A DNA stretch of 64,000 nucleotides, from the NCBI GenBank assembly GCA_051251855.1, contig JBPOGI010000002.1, positions 352,001 to 416,000 on the forward strand, written 5' to 3'. Below the pieces are notes generated by a model. The model did no database searches. It was given only the letters and a program-made list of their open reading frames with translations, and was not told where the DNA came from. The stretch's first letter is position 1. Each line of letters starts with the position of its first letter. Both the position numbers and the translations under genes were made by a program. The DNA is from Roseibacillus sp. Its GTDB lineage: Bacteria > Verrucomicrobiota > Verrucomicrobiia > Verrucomicrobiales > Akkermansiaceae. This document shows, in pieces, positions 37,916 to 47,472 of this stretch.

Positions 37916-38794
37916 ATGTTGCCATCAAAAATTAAGAGTCCTCCCAAAGTGATCGCAGAAGTCGGTTGCAACCACAAAGGTGAAATGGAACTTGCGCACG
38001 AACACATTATGACCGGGGCCTTGTTCTGTAAGGTCGACGTGGTGAAGTTCCAAAAGCGCTGCAATCGTGAGTTGTTGAGTGAGGAGGAATATAACAAGCC
38101 TCATCCGAATCCGGCTAATTCGTATGGAGAGACCTATGGCGGTCACCGGGAATACCTAGAGTTTGACCTTGAGCAGCACCGGCAGTTGAAGAGTTGGTGT
38201 GATCAATACGGAGTCGTCTACAGCTCATCGGTGTGGGATTTGACCTCTGCCAAAGAGATCACGAGCTTGAATCCTGAGTTAATTAAGATTCCTTCCGCAT
38301 GTAACCTTAACTTCGAAATGCTTGGTTGGCTGTGCGAAAACTATGAAGGGGAAATTCATCTCTCTTTTGGGATGACCACTCAAAAGGAAGAAGAGGAGGT
38401 TGTTTCTTTCTTTGAAGGAAAGGGAAAAGAAAAAGACCTAGTGATCTACAGCTGCACTTCCGGTTACCCCGTCTCTTTCGAGGATATTTGCCTGCACGAA
38501 ATCTTGCGTCTTCGTGAGAGCTTTGAGTCTCGCGTGAAGGCGATTGGCTTTTCCGGACATCATCTGGGGATCGCCGCAGATATCGCGGCGATGGCTTTGG
38601 GTGGGGAATGGGTTGAGCGCCATTTTACGCTCGATAGGACTTGGAAAGGCACAGACCATGCCGCTTCACTGGAGCCAGATGGCTTGCGCAAATTGACAAG
38701 AGACTTGCGCAACGTTTCGAAGTCTCTCTCTTATAAGGAAGAAGAAGTTCTAGCTGTTGAAAAAGTTCAGAGGGACAAGTTGAAGCGCACCTAG
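37916..38794 (+). CDS. NeuB-family nonulosonate(-9-P) synthase, short form without SAF domain
   Basis: IAEVGCNHKG, VKFQKR, KIPSA, CTSGYP, GFSGH, ERHFTLDRTWKGTDHAASLEP; ends at KLKRT. Confidence 0.92.
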   Translation: MLPSKIKSPPKVIAEVGCNHKGEMELAHEHIMTGALFCKVDVVKFQKRCNRELLSEEEYNKPHPNPANSYGETYGGHREYLEFDLEQHRQLKSWCDQYGVVYSSSVWDLTSAKEITSLNPELIKIPSACNLNFEMLGWLCENYEGEIHLSFGMTTQKEEEEVVSFFEGKGKEKDLVIYSCTSGYPVSFEDICLHEILRLRESFESRVKAIGFSGHHLGIAADIAAMALGGEWVERHFTLDRTWKGTDHAASLEPDGLRKLTRDLRNVSKSLSYKEEEVLAVEKVQRDKLKRT

Positions 38795-38848
38795 GTAAGG
38801 TGTTCTTATCGCACTCGTGCCCAATCTCCCTCTTTGCCCTCGCCTTCT

Positions 38849-40297
38849 ATGCCGATGACCTACTCTGAATTCTTCAGGGACTTTGTGGAAATCGAGCAAC
38901 GTCTGGGGCTGTGTCACGCGAGGGACGGAGACTTTGCCTATTGGGACTATCTTCGGGTTCCGGTTTCTCAGAAAATCTCCTCCAGTCTCGGGATTATGGC
39001 GCGAGCTGGAGGGCAGAAGGAGAAGGAACGTTCCGTTAAGAAGTTTAGGCTTTTCAGTCAACTTGAGAACCGTCTGCTGAGAGGTTTGGGGACTTTTTCA
39101 GACTGTGAATTTTTGTTCATTGGGCCTGGAGCTATGCGGCGTAAGACTGGCAAGGATGGATTGGATTGGGACCTTTGGTGTGATCCCTTGATTCAAGTTT
39201 TGGGTGAGGAGAGATGTGTTTTGTTAGAAAAACCTGAGAAGGGGTTTCATCGGAAACAGAGCCGGACGCGAAATCTGGCATCGACCGATTCCATTGATTG
39301 GAAGAAGCGGCGATATCGAATGGGCCGTTGGGTGAAGCCGAAGGGGGAGGTTTGTTCCGCTGAAACGAAGAGGATGCTTTCCAACCTGCAAAGTGAGTTT
39401 GAAAAATCCTTTGGGTTAGAGAAAGGCCTCCTGAATCTTGAAAAGCTGTTTGTGAGTAGCAAGATGCGGCGTGAGGAAACCTTGCCCGTATTGAAGAAGG
39501 AATTTTCGCGATTGAAGCTCAAGGCGGTCTTTCTCGTAAACAGTTACTCGGGACGAGAAAGGTATATTGAGGCTGCGCGAGCTCTGAATATTCCGATTGT
39601 TGAGTTGCAACACGGGCTGATTTCAAAATTTCATTTTGGATATTCCTATCCGGAAGAAAGTTTCAAGACGGTCGTGCCTAACTTCTTTTACAGTTTCGGA
39701 AAATACTGGGAGGAATCTGTTGAGTTGCCTGTGCCTTTGGAAAGGATATTTACGATTGGTTACCCCTATCTTGAGAATACGTTGAGCGAGTTTGAGCGTA
39801 AAAAAGAGAGGACACGGCAAGTCGTTTTTATTTCTCAAGGCGCAATTGGCGATAGGCTCTCTACTTTTGCCGCGGACTTGCAGGACCGACTGCCAGGGGG
39901 ATGGAAGATTGTTTACAAACTTCATCCCAGGGAAGTGAATGGATGGCGAGAGCGTTATTCTCGACTCTCTGAATCGGGAATTCAGGTGGTTGAGAAAGAT
40001 GAACCCTCATTGTATCAGCTTTTTTCTGAATCCGATATTCAGATTGGCGTTTATAGCACGGCTTTGTTTGAAGGAATCGCATTTGGCTGCAAAACCGTTC
40101 TAGTTGACCTTCCCGGGGTGGAATCGCTGCTACCTTTGGTTGAAAAAGGAGTTGCGGAATTAGTTTCGCAACCCAGCGAAGTCGATTTTGAGGGACTCGA
40201 AGAAGGTGTTCTCCAGAAGGATCTTTTTTTCGCAGACGACTGGCAGAAGAATTTTCAAGCTGCCGAGCCGCTGAAAGAGATGCCTTCTTCCAAATGA
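38849..40297 (+). CDS. GT-B fold transferase, candidate nonulosonate/sialyl-transferase
   Basis: ELQHG, KLHP, STALFE motifs resembling sialyl/KpsS/TagF-type transferases; directly after NeuB. Confidence 0.6.
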   Translation: MPMTYSEFFRDFVEIEQRLGLCHARDGDFAYWDYLRVPVSQKISSSLGIMARAGGQKEKERSVKKFRLFSQLENRLLRGLGTFSDCEFLFIGPGAMRRKTGKDGLDWDLWCDPLIQVLGEERCVLLEKPEKGFHRKQSRTRNLASTDSIDWKKRRYRMGRWVKPKGEVCSAETKRMLSNLQSEFEKSFGLEKGLLNLEKLFVSSKMRREETLPVLKKEFSRLKLKAVFLVNSYSGRERYIEAARALNIPIVELQHGLISKFHFGYSYPEESFKTVVPNFFYSFGKYWEESVELPVPLERIFTIGYPYLENTLSEFERKKERTRQVVFISQGAIGDRLSTFAADLQDRLPGGWKIVYKLHPREVNGWRERYSRLSESGIQVVEKDEPSLYQLFSESDIQIGVYSTALFEGIAFGCKTVLVDLPGVESLLPLVEKGVAELVSQPSEVDFEGLEEGVLQKDLFFADDWQKNFQAAEPLKEMPSSK

Positions 40298-40412
40298 GTT
40301 CTCGCGGTTTTTGAAGTTCCTCGTCTTTACTTTTTTAATTGAGTTCGATTTGGATTGCAGAATTCATGGGCTGAATTTTACTTGAATAGAGCTTCAACTC
40401 CCTTGAGTTTAA

Positions 40413-41519
40413 ATGAGTGAAAGAAGGGATTTGGAACCTATGAGTGAGTTTACTCGGATAGCCTTTCTGTCATCCTCTGATCATTCGAATCGAGCGACGC
40501 TGATTTCTCGGGCGCTCAATGAAGCAGAGGACCGAGTGTTTGAGTCCAAGTCGATCTGTTTGCGAAAAAACAAATTTGATTACGAAGTCGCTCACGACTG
40601 GAACATCGAGCTTGATGCTTCGGCGAGAAATGCGGCCATCGAGTGGCTGCGAAAATGCGATTGGATAGTTTTTTCAGAAGTGAAAGGGGTGCGCTGGCCG
40701 GGGGTCTTGAAAGGGATGAGTAGTTTCGAGAAAGAACTAGCTCCAGATTTAACCTTTAAAGAAACACAGGCCTATCGGGAAGGTCACTTGGTCCTCTTTC
40801 ACCGTGGGTCTTGTTACCGCGAAAATTCTCGGAAGATTAACAAGGTCAGTGAGAAGGATAGCAGGTTGCAATACGCTTTCTATGCGGCAGATTTGCATCG
40901 CTTATCACTTGGCAGAGAGAAGGATATTTGTCTTTGGCCGAGCTATTCTCGTTCCGACTTCAATCTGGAGGACGCCATTGGTTCGTTGCCCAACAAATTT
41001 CTAAACGAGGAGACCCCACTTCAGATTTTGCATTTACCATCGAATGCCAAGAAAGGCAGTGGAGTGGTGAAGCGAAGCTTGGAATGGTTGGCGCAATCTT
41101 CGGAGCTTTCCGGAAAATTGAAAATTGTTCTGCCTGAGAAGCGAATGACTAATGCGGAGTTGTTAGCGCTAAAGAGGGAATCTCATATCTGCATCGATCA
41201 GTTTTCTCCTGAGATTGGAGGCTTCGGAATGACTGCAATCGAGAGCCTGGCTGCGGGAAGTTTGGTATTGGCTTCCATCCAAAATATTGGTGTTGATGCC
41301 ATCAATTCTGCAAATAGGTATATCTATGAAGGAGGAATGCCAATCTTGGACTTAGGAACGAGTGAGACGAGTTGCCGAGAGGCTATTGACCGGGTTGTTC
41401 GGATGTCGCGTCAAGAGCTGTCTTCTCGCGCGGAAGAAGGAGTGCGTTGGCTTGCCGCAGTCGGTTCGGCGGAAGCGCTATCGCGGAAGTTAGCCGCGGA
41501 ACTGGGTGTTAAGGCTTAA
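40413..41519 (+). CDS. Putative glycosyltransferase (GT4-like)
   Basis: HLPS..KKG, IDQF...GFG..AIESLAAG C-terminal GT-B pattern. Confidence 0.55.
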   Translation: MSERRDLEPMSEFTRIAFLSSSDHSNRATLISRALNEAEDRVFESKSICLRKNKFDYEVAHDWNIELDASARNAAIEWLRKCDWIVFSEVKGVRWPGVLKGMSSFEKELAPDLTFKETQAYREGHLVLFHRGSCYRENSRKINKVSEKDSRLQYAFYAADLHRLSLGREKDICLWPSYSRSDFNLEDAIGSLPNKFLNEETPLQILHLPSNAKKGSGVVKRSLEWLAQSSELSGKLKIVLPEKRMTNAELLALKRESHICIDQFSPEIGGFGMTAIESLAAGSLVLASIQNIGVDAINSANRYIYEGGMPILDLGTSETSCREAIDRVVRMSRQELSSRAEEGVRWLAAVGSAEALSRKLAAELGVKA

Positions 41520-41572
41520 AAGAGACTCTGTGCTCTCTTGTGAGGCTGAGATGCCGCAGATAAAGAAGACGG

Positions 41573-42337
41573 CTAGCCGGCCCAAAAGTCGTTGATCCAA
41601 GAAGCGGGTTTGGTGAAGTGGTGAATTTTTTTTCCTCGGTATCCTTCTACTGCCTGATCTGGGTTGGGGCGGCCGTGGAAAGCGACAATGGAAGGCGTCC
41701 CCAGTTGTTTGGGAGACTTTGGGGTGCTGAGGTAGTTGAGAGGGAAGGGAGGTCTGCAATGGAACTTGAAGCTCTTGACCCAGTCTTCGGGCCAGTAGCA
41801 CATGTTAGGGCGAATGCGCTCGGTGAGGTAAGTTTGGGGCGGCCACCAGTTTGCGACTGCCTCGTCCCGCTCTGCGAGAAATTCCTCGATGATGTGTCCG
41901 CACTCATTGATCGGAAATCGAAAGACGGAGGAGTTTCCAATTTCAGGACGAGCACGAAAGAGCGTTTTCCAAGGGGAAATCCAGTTGTGAATGATGCAGA
42001 TCTTATCGGGTTCGTGTTCGAAAAAGCGATCCAACGAACCCGAGATGATGATATCCAGATCCAAAAAGAGGGTGGGACCGGCGAAGTCTCCGAGGGTGGG
42101 GGAAAAGACGCCGAGCTTTTGCCAAGTGGTCTTTCCGCGCGGTCCGTTGATCCCAAGATCAGGAATGGGAAGAAGTTCGATGTCGGAGGGAACCTCGATC
42201 TCGCGGTCGGTGAGACAGATGAAGCGAAAGGGCCGTTTGAGATGACGCGAAACCATGCCGTGCAGGCGCAGGACATACTCGGGGCCATACTTTTCGCCCC
42301 AACGGATACAGAGTATATTGACTAGTTCGGGTTTCAT
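41573..42337 (-). CDS. Putative GT-A glycosyltransferase (C.WG.KY type)
   Basis: CIRWGEKY, FICLTD, W.KL, FLDLD, NSSVF, FHGRPNP; ATGA overlap with the upstream gene. Confidence 0.75.
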   Translation of the reverse strand: MKPELVNILCIRWGEKYGPEYVLRLHGMVSRHLKRPFRFICLTDREIEVPSDIELLPIPDLGINGPRGKTTWQKLGVFSPTLGDFAGPTLFLDLDIIISGSLDRFFEHEPDKICIIHNWISPWKTLFRARPEIGNSSVFRFPINECGHIIEEFLAERDEAVANWWPPQTYLTERIRPNMCYWPEDWVKSFKFHCRPPFPLNYLSTPKSPKQLGTPSIVAFHGRPNPDQAVEGYRGKKIHHFTKPASWINDFWAG

Positions 42338-43368
42338 TTGGTGCGCCAGCAATAGGGGTGAGAGGGTGGCAATCGTAGCGAAGTTTCCACGATGTCTGAG
42401 GCGTGAAGACGATTGTTCATCTCGTGGTGAAAGAAGTGCCGAAGAGTAGCGCCACGGGCGCGTCGTTCTTGATCGTCTGATTTTAAGCGCTGAGCTTCTA
42501 TTATTAACTCCTCCTTGTTAGAAAAGTAAGCGAGACTGTCGGGAGGAAAGAGAGTGTCGAGATCGTTGTCGGCGTGGGTCAAGACCGCGAGTCCGTTTCC
42601 TCCCATCTGAGCGATGCGCGCTGAGGAATACCAATGATGTCCTTCTTGGCGGTTGAGGTTGAGCCCCATGGTGGAGGTCGCCAAAATTTCATCGTAGCGC
42701 GTGCCCCAGACGGGAGCTTTGCCAAAGCAACCGAAGGTCTCGAATCGAAAGGAGTCGGGGAGTTCGTTTTGCAGCGCTTCTAATAGTTTGTGGCGCTCGG
42801 TGTGGTCGGTGGAGTTGCCGCAAAAGATAAGATCGCGGTCTTGTTCATGCTCTGCTTTTTGCGAGGCATTGCCGCATTCGATGGCCGGGTCGGCTGCGTT
42901 GGGCATGAATTCGACTTTGTCGCGATGATTGGGGAAAAATTGGTCGAGAACCGATTTGCCGGTGGAGATGAAGGCGCGGTCACAGACCGAGAGTCTTTCC
43001 TCGATGCGGGTGACGTTCTCGGGCACGAAGAGAGGGTCGTTGTTGCAATGAACCACTGGGCAGGCGCATTTCGAGCGCACTTTGGAGAGCGTTTCGGTAG
43101 TGAGAATGTCGGCGTGTCCAATTAAAATGAGGTCGGGTCGAAAAGCTTCGGCGGTTTCGAGAAAGCGGCGGTTAGCGGCTTTCTTTCCCAAGTCACGCAA
43201 GCCGAAAGGCGCCTCGAAGGCGGCGGTGTCGCGATCGCTGAAAAAGTGGACGAGGTGACCGCCTTGAATGAGTCCGCGATGGAGCTTTTGAGTCCAGCTC
43301 ACTCGCGTGTTGCCATATCGACGAAGTTGGCCGTAGCCAGCAAGAAGGATGCGTTTTGACGGAGTCAT
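42334..43368 (-). CDS. Glycosyltransferase (CgeB/YkvP-like GT-B)
   Basis: NDPL, FMPN..D, LIFCG, GLNLNR, YSSARI..GGNG. Confidence 0.7.
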   Translation of the reverse strand: MTPSKRILLAGYGQLRRYGNTRVSWTQKLHRGLIQGGHLVHFFSDRDTAAFEAPFGLRDLGKKAANRRFLETAEAFRPDLILIGHADILTTETLSKVRSKCACPVVHCNNDPLFVPENVTRIEERLSVCDRAFISTGKSVLDQFFPNHRDKVEFMPNAADPAIECGNASQKAEHEQDRDLIFCGNSTDHTERHKLLEALQNELPDSFRFETFGCFGKAPVWGTRYDEILATSTMGLNLNRQEGHHWYSSARIAQMGGNGLAVLTHADNDLDTLFPPDSLAYFSNKEELIIEAQRLKSDDQERRARGATLRHFFHHEMNNRLHASDIVETSLRLPPSHPYCWRTK

Positions 43369-43371
43369 GCT

Positions 43372-44325
43372 CTAGTTGGAAGGCTCTAGGTTTGGGGCAG
43401 CAGAGTCGCGCCGGGTAGGATGGTTAGGGCGCCAACTGCCATCAACCCTTTTGTGGCCAAACAGGCCCAACCCCACGGCAATACGGAATTGTTGCTGGTG
43501 CCACCAAGGACTATTGAGCGGTCGCTCGGGTGATTGGAAGCCGTTGCTGGTGCGAGAAGAAGGATGTGCCCTCACGTAGGGTAGGAGTGTGTCGAGCAAG
43601 AGTTGTCGAGGCAGAAGGACGGATTGATTGGTCCAATTGAGAAAGCGCGAGTCGGTGAGATAGAGTTCCTCTTCTGAATCCATTTTGCTGATGGCATTGG
43701 GATGAACGAGATGGGGTTCCTTCTCAAGATAGATGGCTCGCCCTTGCAGGCTGCGAGCCCGTGTCGGTTTGAAGGTCTGACGAAGGCTGCGCCGCAAGGT
43801 GCTTTGCTCGGCCTTTTTCAGGCTGGCATACGAGGTGAAGTCGGGGTGGAGACTTTGGATGGCATAGAAGCCGAGATACTTGCCATAGCGAAAGCCTTCA
43901 CCCGTCTCCCAACGGTGACGCAGTCTCAGGATGTCGAGCTGGTCTTCGGCAAAGAGTCGCCGCGCGCGCTCCAGTTGAAAGTCGATTTTGGCGGAGTCTA
44001 AAAGGGACGGGCAGTCGTTTTCGGTTAAGAGGATGAGGTCGGTATCCAGCCGTTCTGCGAGGCAGGCATAGCCTTCCGCAATTCCCACATTGGGTCCGCC
44101 CGCGCAGGCGAGGTCGAATTCCCTAGCCAGCTCTTTATCTTCTTCTGATTGGTCTTGAAACCAAATCAAGCTCTGGTCGACATGACTCCATAGGTTGGCT
44201 TCCCGATGAGACTCCAGCACGGGTCGGAAAGTGTCGTGGGACTTCCACGAAACGATTCCAAGGCCGATAGAAGGTTGGTTAGGCACGAACGGGGAGAGGT
44301 TTTCAGCTGAGAAGGATTCGAGCAA
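43372..44325 (-). CDS. Hypothetical protein, possibly GT-A-like
   Basis: Co-oriented with glycosyltransferases; N.GI, LLTENDC, RLRHR, WTNQ motifs; start uncertain. Confidence 0.55.
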   Translation of the reverse strand: MLESFSAENLSPFVPNQPSIGLGIVSWKSHDTFRPVLESHREANLWSHVDQSLIWFQDQSEEDKELAREFDLACAGGPNVGIAEGYACLAERLDTDLILLTENDCPSLLDSAKIDFQLERARRLFAEDQLDILRLRHRWETGEGFRYGKYLGFYAIQSLHPDFTSYASLKKAEQSTLRRSLRQTFKPTRARSLQGRAIYLEKEPHLVHPNAISKMDSEEELYLTDSRFLNWTNQSVLLPRQLLLDTLLPYVRAHPSSRTSNGFQSPERPLNSPWWHQQQFRIAVGLGLFGHKRVDGSWRPNHPTRRDSAAPNLEPSN

Positions 44326-44387
44326 GGACGATTGCTGATACTGGCAGGGATTGTCTTCCGGTGCTCTCTCAGAGAGAATGGCAGGAG

Positions 44388-45419
44388 ATGAAGTTGCTGC
44401 AGGTCATGCTATCCGCGTCCGAGGGCGGGGCTGAGACATTCTTTGTGAAGCTGGCCTTGGCCTTTGCTGAGCGTGGAGTTTCTCAGCGTCTTGTGGTCGC
44501 CGAGTGCGGTAATCGAGTGGAAATTTTGCGGGATGCGGGATGCGAGGTGATTCCGGTGCGCGCCAAAGGTTGGCGCAAGGCTTTGGTGGGGCGGGAGATT
44601 CAAGCGCTTGCGGATGAATACCAGCCGAGCCATGTGTTGACCTGGATGAATCGTGCCTCCAAGAGAATGCCGATAGGTGATTGGACTAAGATGGCTCGTC
44701 TCGGTGGCTTTTATCAGCTCAAAAACTACCGAAGCTGCGACTACCTGATTGGGAATACGCCGAAGATTGTGGATTACCTCAAGGGGGAAGGTTGGCCCGA
44801 GGAGCGAGCGCATCTGATCAGTAATTTCGGAGAAACGCGCAGTCAAGTGGCCGTGGGAGAAGGGCGGGAAGAGCTGGGCTTGAAGAAAGAGGATTTCGTT
44901 CTTCTCAGCCTCGGGCGCTTGCATGAGGTCAAGGCGCAGGATGTCGCCATTCGAGCGCTGGTGGAACTGCCCGATGCGGTTTTACTTTTGGCTGGGGAGG
45001 GGGCTTTGAGGACCGAGTATGAAGCTTTGGCCGAGAGCTTGGGCGTTGTTAAACGAGTTCGGTTTCTGGGTTGGCGTCAAGATGTGGAGAATCTCTTTAG
45101 TCTTTGTGATGTCTGCGTCTTTCCTTCCCGCTACGAACCTCTTGGGAACGTGGTGCTTGAAGCTTGGGCCAATCGGAAACCCATTGTGGCTGCAGAATCC
45201 AGCGGGCCGTCTTGGCTGATTCAACATCAAAAAACAGGGTGGCTTTTCGATATCGACTCGGTCGCGGGGTTGGTGGCTGGGGTCAGAGCTCTACAGGAGA
45301 ATTCGGAGACAGCACAATCCCTAGTCGAACAAGGCTACAGCACCTTTCAGAAGGAATTCAGCAAGCAGGTGATCGTCGATCGTTATCTCGAATTTTTCCA
45401 AGAGAGTTCTCAGCAATAG
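44388..45419 (+). CDS. GT4 glycosyltransferase
   Basis: GGAE, GRLHEVK, PSRYEPLGNVVLEAW. Confidence 0.9.
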   Translation: MKLLQVMLSASEGGAETFFVKLALAFAERGVSQRLVVAECGNRVEILRDAGCEVIPVRAKGWRKALVGREIQALADEYQPSHVLTWMNRASKRMPIGDWTKMARLGGFYQLKNYRSCDYLIGNTPKIVDYLKGEGWPEERAHLISNFGETRSQVAVGEGREELGLKKEDFVLLSLGRLHEVKAQDVAIRALVELPDAVLLLAGEGALRTEYEALAESLGVVKRVRFLGWRQDVENLFSLCDVCVFPSRYEPLGNVVLEAWANRKPIVAAESSGPSWLIQHQKTGWLFDIDSVAGLVAGVRALQENSETAQSLVEQGYSTFQKEFSKQVIVDRYLEFFQESSQQ

Positions 45420-45432
45420 TCCCCAAAGCCGC

Positions 45433-46536
45433 CTACTGGGTTAGAGATTGGTAGACTTCGAGAATCTGGGAGTTCATGTGCGCAAGAGTGAAGCTGTTAT
45501 TGAGAGCTGGAGAGGGAAGGCTGTTTGTTAGCCAGGTGTTCACAAGAGCGATGATTTCTTTGGGCTCGTTTGGAGTCACGGCCCCGGCAGGGAAAAGCGC
45601 TTTGAGTTGTTCGGCCACTCCACCATGGGCATAGGCAGCCACCGGTTTGCCGAGTGACATCGCTTCCAGTGACACGCGTCCAAAAGCTTCTGGGTCTTTG
45701 GAGAGTGAGAGGGTAATGTCACAGGCGGCAATGACATCGCGAAGATCGGAGCGATGGCCCAAAAAGGTGAGGTTGCTTTCAAGGCCCATGGCGCGGACGG
45801 TGTCCTTGAGTTCGGCGAGATAGCCTTCTTTCCCCGGTGAAGGCGCTCCTGCAATGACGCCGTGAAGATGAGGATGGTCTTCGAGTAATTGTTGTAGCAC
45901 GAGAAGGAAATCCTGGTGGCCTTTCCAGCGCGTGATGCGGCCGGGTAGAAGGAGGAGGGTTTTCCCTGTGAATTGGGGGTAATTGTTTCGCCAGTTTTCC
46001 TGCCAGTCCGGAGAGGGCTTGTAGTCTGGGTGGTAACGGAAGGAATCTACGCCGCGATGAATGATGGTGAGTTTCTCGGGCGGAGTTTTGGGGTAATTTT
46101 TGAGAACGTAGTCTTGAACCGATTCTGAGACGCAGATCACACGCTCTCCTTTGGTCATGATCTTGGAGTAGGAGTTGACCGAATAGGTGCCGTGGACGGT
46201 GGTGACAAGGTGGGGTCGGGAATTCTTAGGGAGCTGGCTCCAAGCAAGATAGCAAAGCCAAGCGGGAGCCCGGGAGCGGAGGTGGAGGATGTCCGGTTGT
46301 TCCTCTTGCAGGAGTTTTTTCAGATAAGAGATGTGCCGCAGAGAAAGCAGGGATTTCTTGTGGACGGGATGGGTAAGGTGGCGAGTGCCTTCGTTCTCCA
46401 GTTGAGCCACTAGACGTCCGCCATTCGAGAGCACTAGCGATTCGTGACCTTCTTTGATGAGGAACTGAGCCAGTTCTACGGTGCCTCGCTCGACTCCGCC
46501 AGAGTTGAGTTCGGGAAGGACTTGCAGAATTTTCAT
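45433..46536 (-). CDS. GT4 glycosyltransferase
   Basis: LPELNSGGVERGT, RSRAPAW, GRITRWKG, PEAFGRVSLEA; start ATG 46536. Confidence 0.9.
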   Translation of the reverse strand: MKILQVLPELNSGGVERGTVELAQFLIKEGHESLVLSNGGRLVAQLENEGTRHLTHPVHKKSLLSLRHISYLKKLLQEEQPDILHLRSRAPAWLCYLAWSQLPKNSRPHLVTTVHGTYSVNSYSKIMTKGERVICVSESVQDYVLKNYPKTPPEKLTIIHRGVDSFRYHPDYKPSPDWQENWRNNYPQFTGKTLLLLPGRITRWKGHQDFLLVLQQLLEDHPHLHGVIAGAPSPGKEGYLAELKDTVRAMGLESNLTFLGHRSDLRDVIAACDITLSLSKDPEAFGRVSLEAMSLGKPVAAYAHGGVAEQLKALFPAGAVTPNEPKEIIALVNTWLTNSLPSPALNNSFTLAHMNSQILEVYQSLTQ

Positions 46537-46592
46537 GAAGCTTGTGATTGGGGTCTTCGCCTTGTTTTTTTCAAAAGTGGTGAAGCAACGAT

Positions 46593-47459
46593 TTATGCGA
46601 TTTTTGCAAGTAAGACCTCGGCGCAGCGGGCTGTTTCGTGCAGGGGAGCAGGCGCAGGGGGGAGCTCGGTGATGGCGTCGTATTGAGAAAACGGAGTGAG
46701 CCAATTATCTTTGGCGAGTTGGTCATGAGCACGAGAGAGGCGGGTGTTGTTAGGCGGAAGAGGGAGAGTGCCAAGGTGGCAGCCAGCGGTGAGAGCCTCG
46801 AAGAGCATGGAGGTTGAGTCCGGGGTGATCCAGGCGACTTTAGAAGTGAGCAGCTCATCGCTTAACCAAGAGCCCGTGGCTTCGGTGTGTGGGGCGATTT
46901 GGAGTTCGAGATTGAGTTGGGCGATTTGCGCGAGAAGAGTTGGAGGGGTGCGGCGAGAATCCCCAATGGTCCAGGCTAGATTAGGATTTTTAGTGATGAT
47001 GGTTTCGATGGCTTTGAGCAAGGGTGCTTCTTGCCAGTCAAAGTGTTTGCAGGGACCTCCTAGCATGATGAGGCCTTTTTCTTCCTTCGGGGGCTGTGAT
47101 TCTGGGAGGCGGTTGAGGGCTCCTTTAGTGGCGATGATGCGAGAGCCGATTTTTCTCCCAGCCTTGAGGTCGTGCTCGGGAATCAGACAGTATGAAAAGA
47201 GAAATTTGGGGAGCGTTGGCTTCATGATTACTACCGAAGGGCAGCGATGGCTTCGGGCAAACTTCAGCAGAAAAGGATGAGTATAGTGGCCGGCCCCAAT
47301 CACGAGGTCGGCCTTCTTCTGGGGTTGTGGGATTGTAGATGGATCTTCAATGCTGACGAGTTCGCAGTCCCCTTCGCGTCGTCGCAGGATTGCCTCAGCG
47401 AGACCAAGCGATTGGTTCTCGTGGCCTTTTTTTCCATCAGTGAGAATGAGAAGATGCAT
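46593..47459 (-). CDS. ELM1/GtrOC1-family putative glycosyltransferase
   Basis: DGKKGHENQSLGLAE, IPEHD, LGGP, SRRTP, TPDSTSM..EA. Confidence 0.85.
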   Translation of the reverse strand: MHLLILTDGKKGHENQSLGLAEAILRRREGDCELVSIEDPSTIPQPQKKADLVIGAGHYTHPFLLKFARSHRCPSVVIMKPTLPKFLFSYCLIPEHDLKAGRKIGSRIIATKGALNRLPESQPPKEEKGLIMLGGPCKHFDWQEAPLLKAIETIITKNPNLAWTIGDSRRTPPTLLAQIAQLNLELQIAPHTEATGSWLSDELLTSKVAWITPDSTSMLFEALTAGCHLGTLPLPPNNTRLSRAHDQLAKDNWLTPFSQYDAITELPPAPAPLHETARCAEVLLAKIA

Positions 47460-47472
47460 CGGAATCGGTGAA

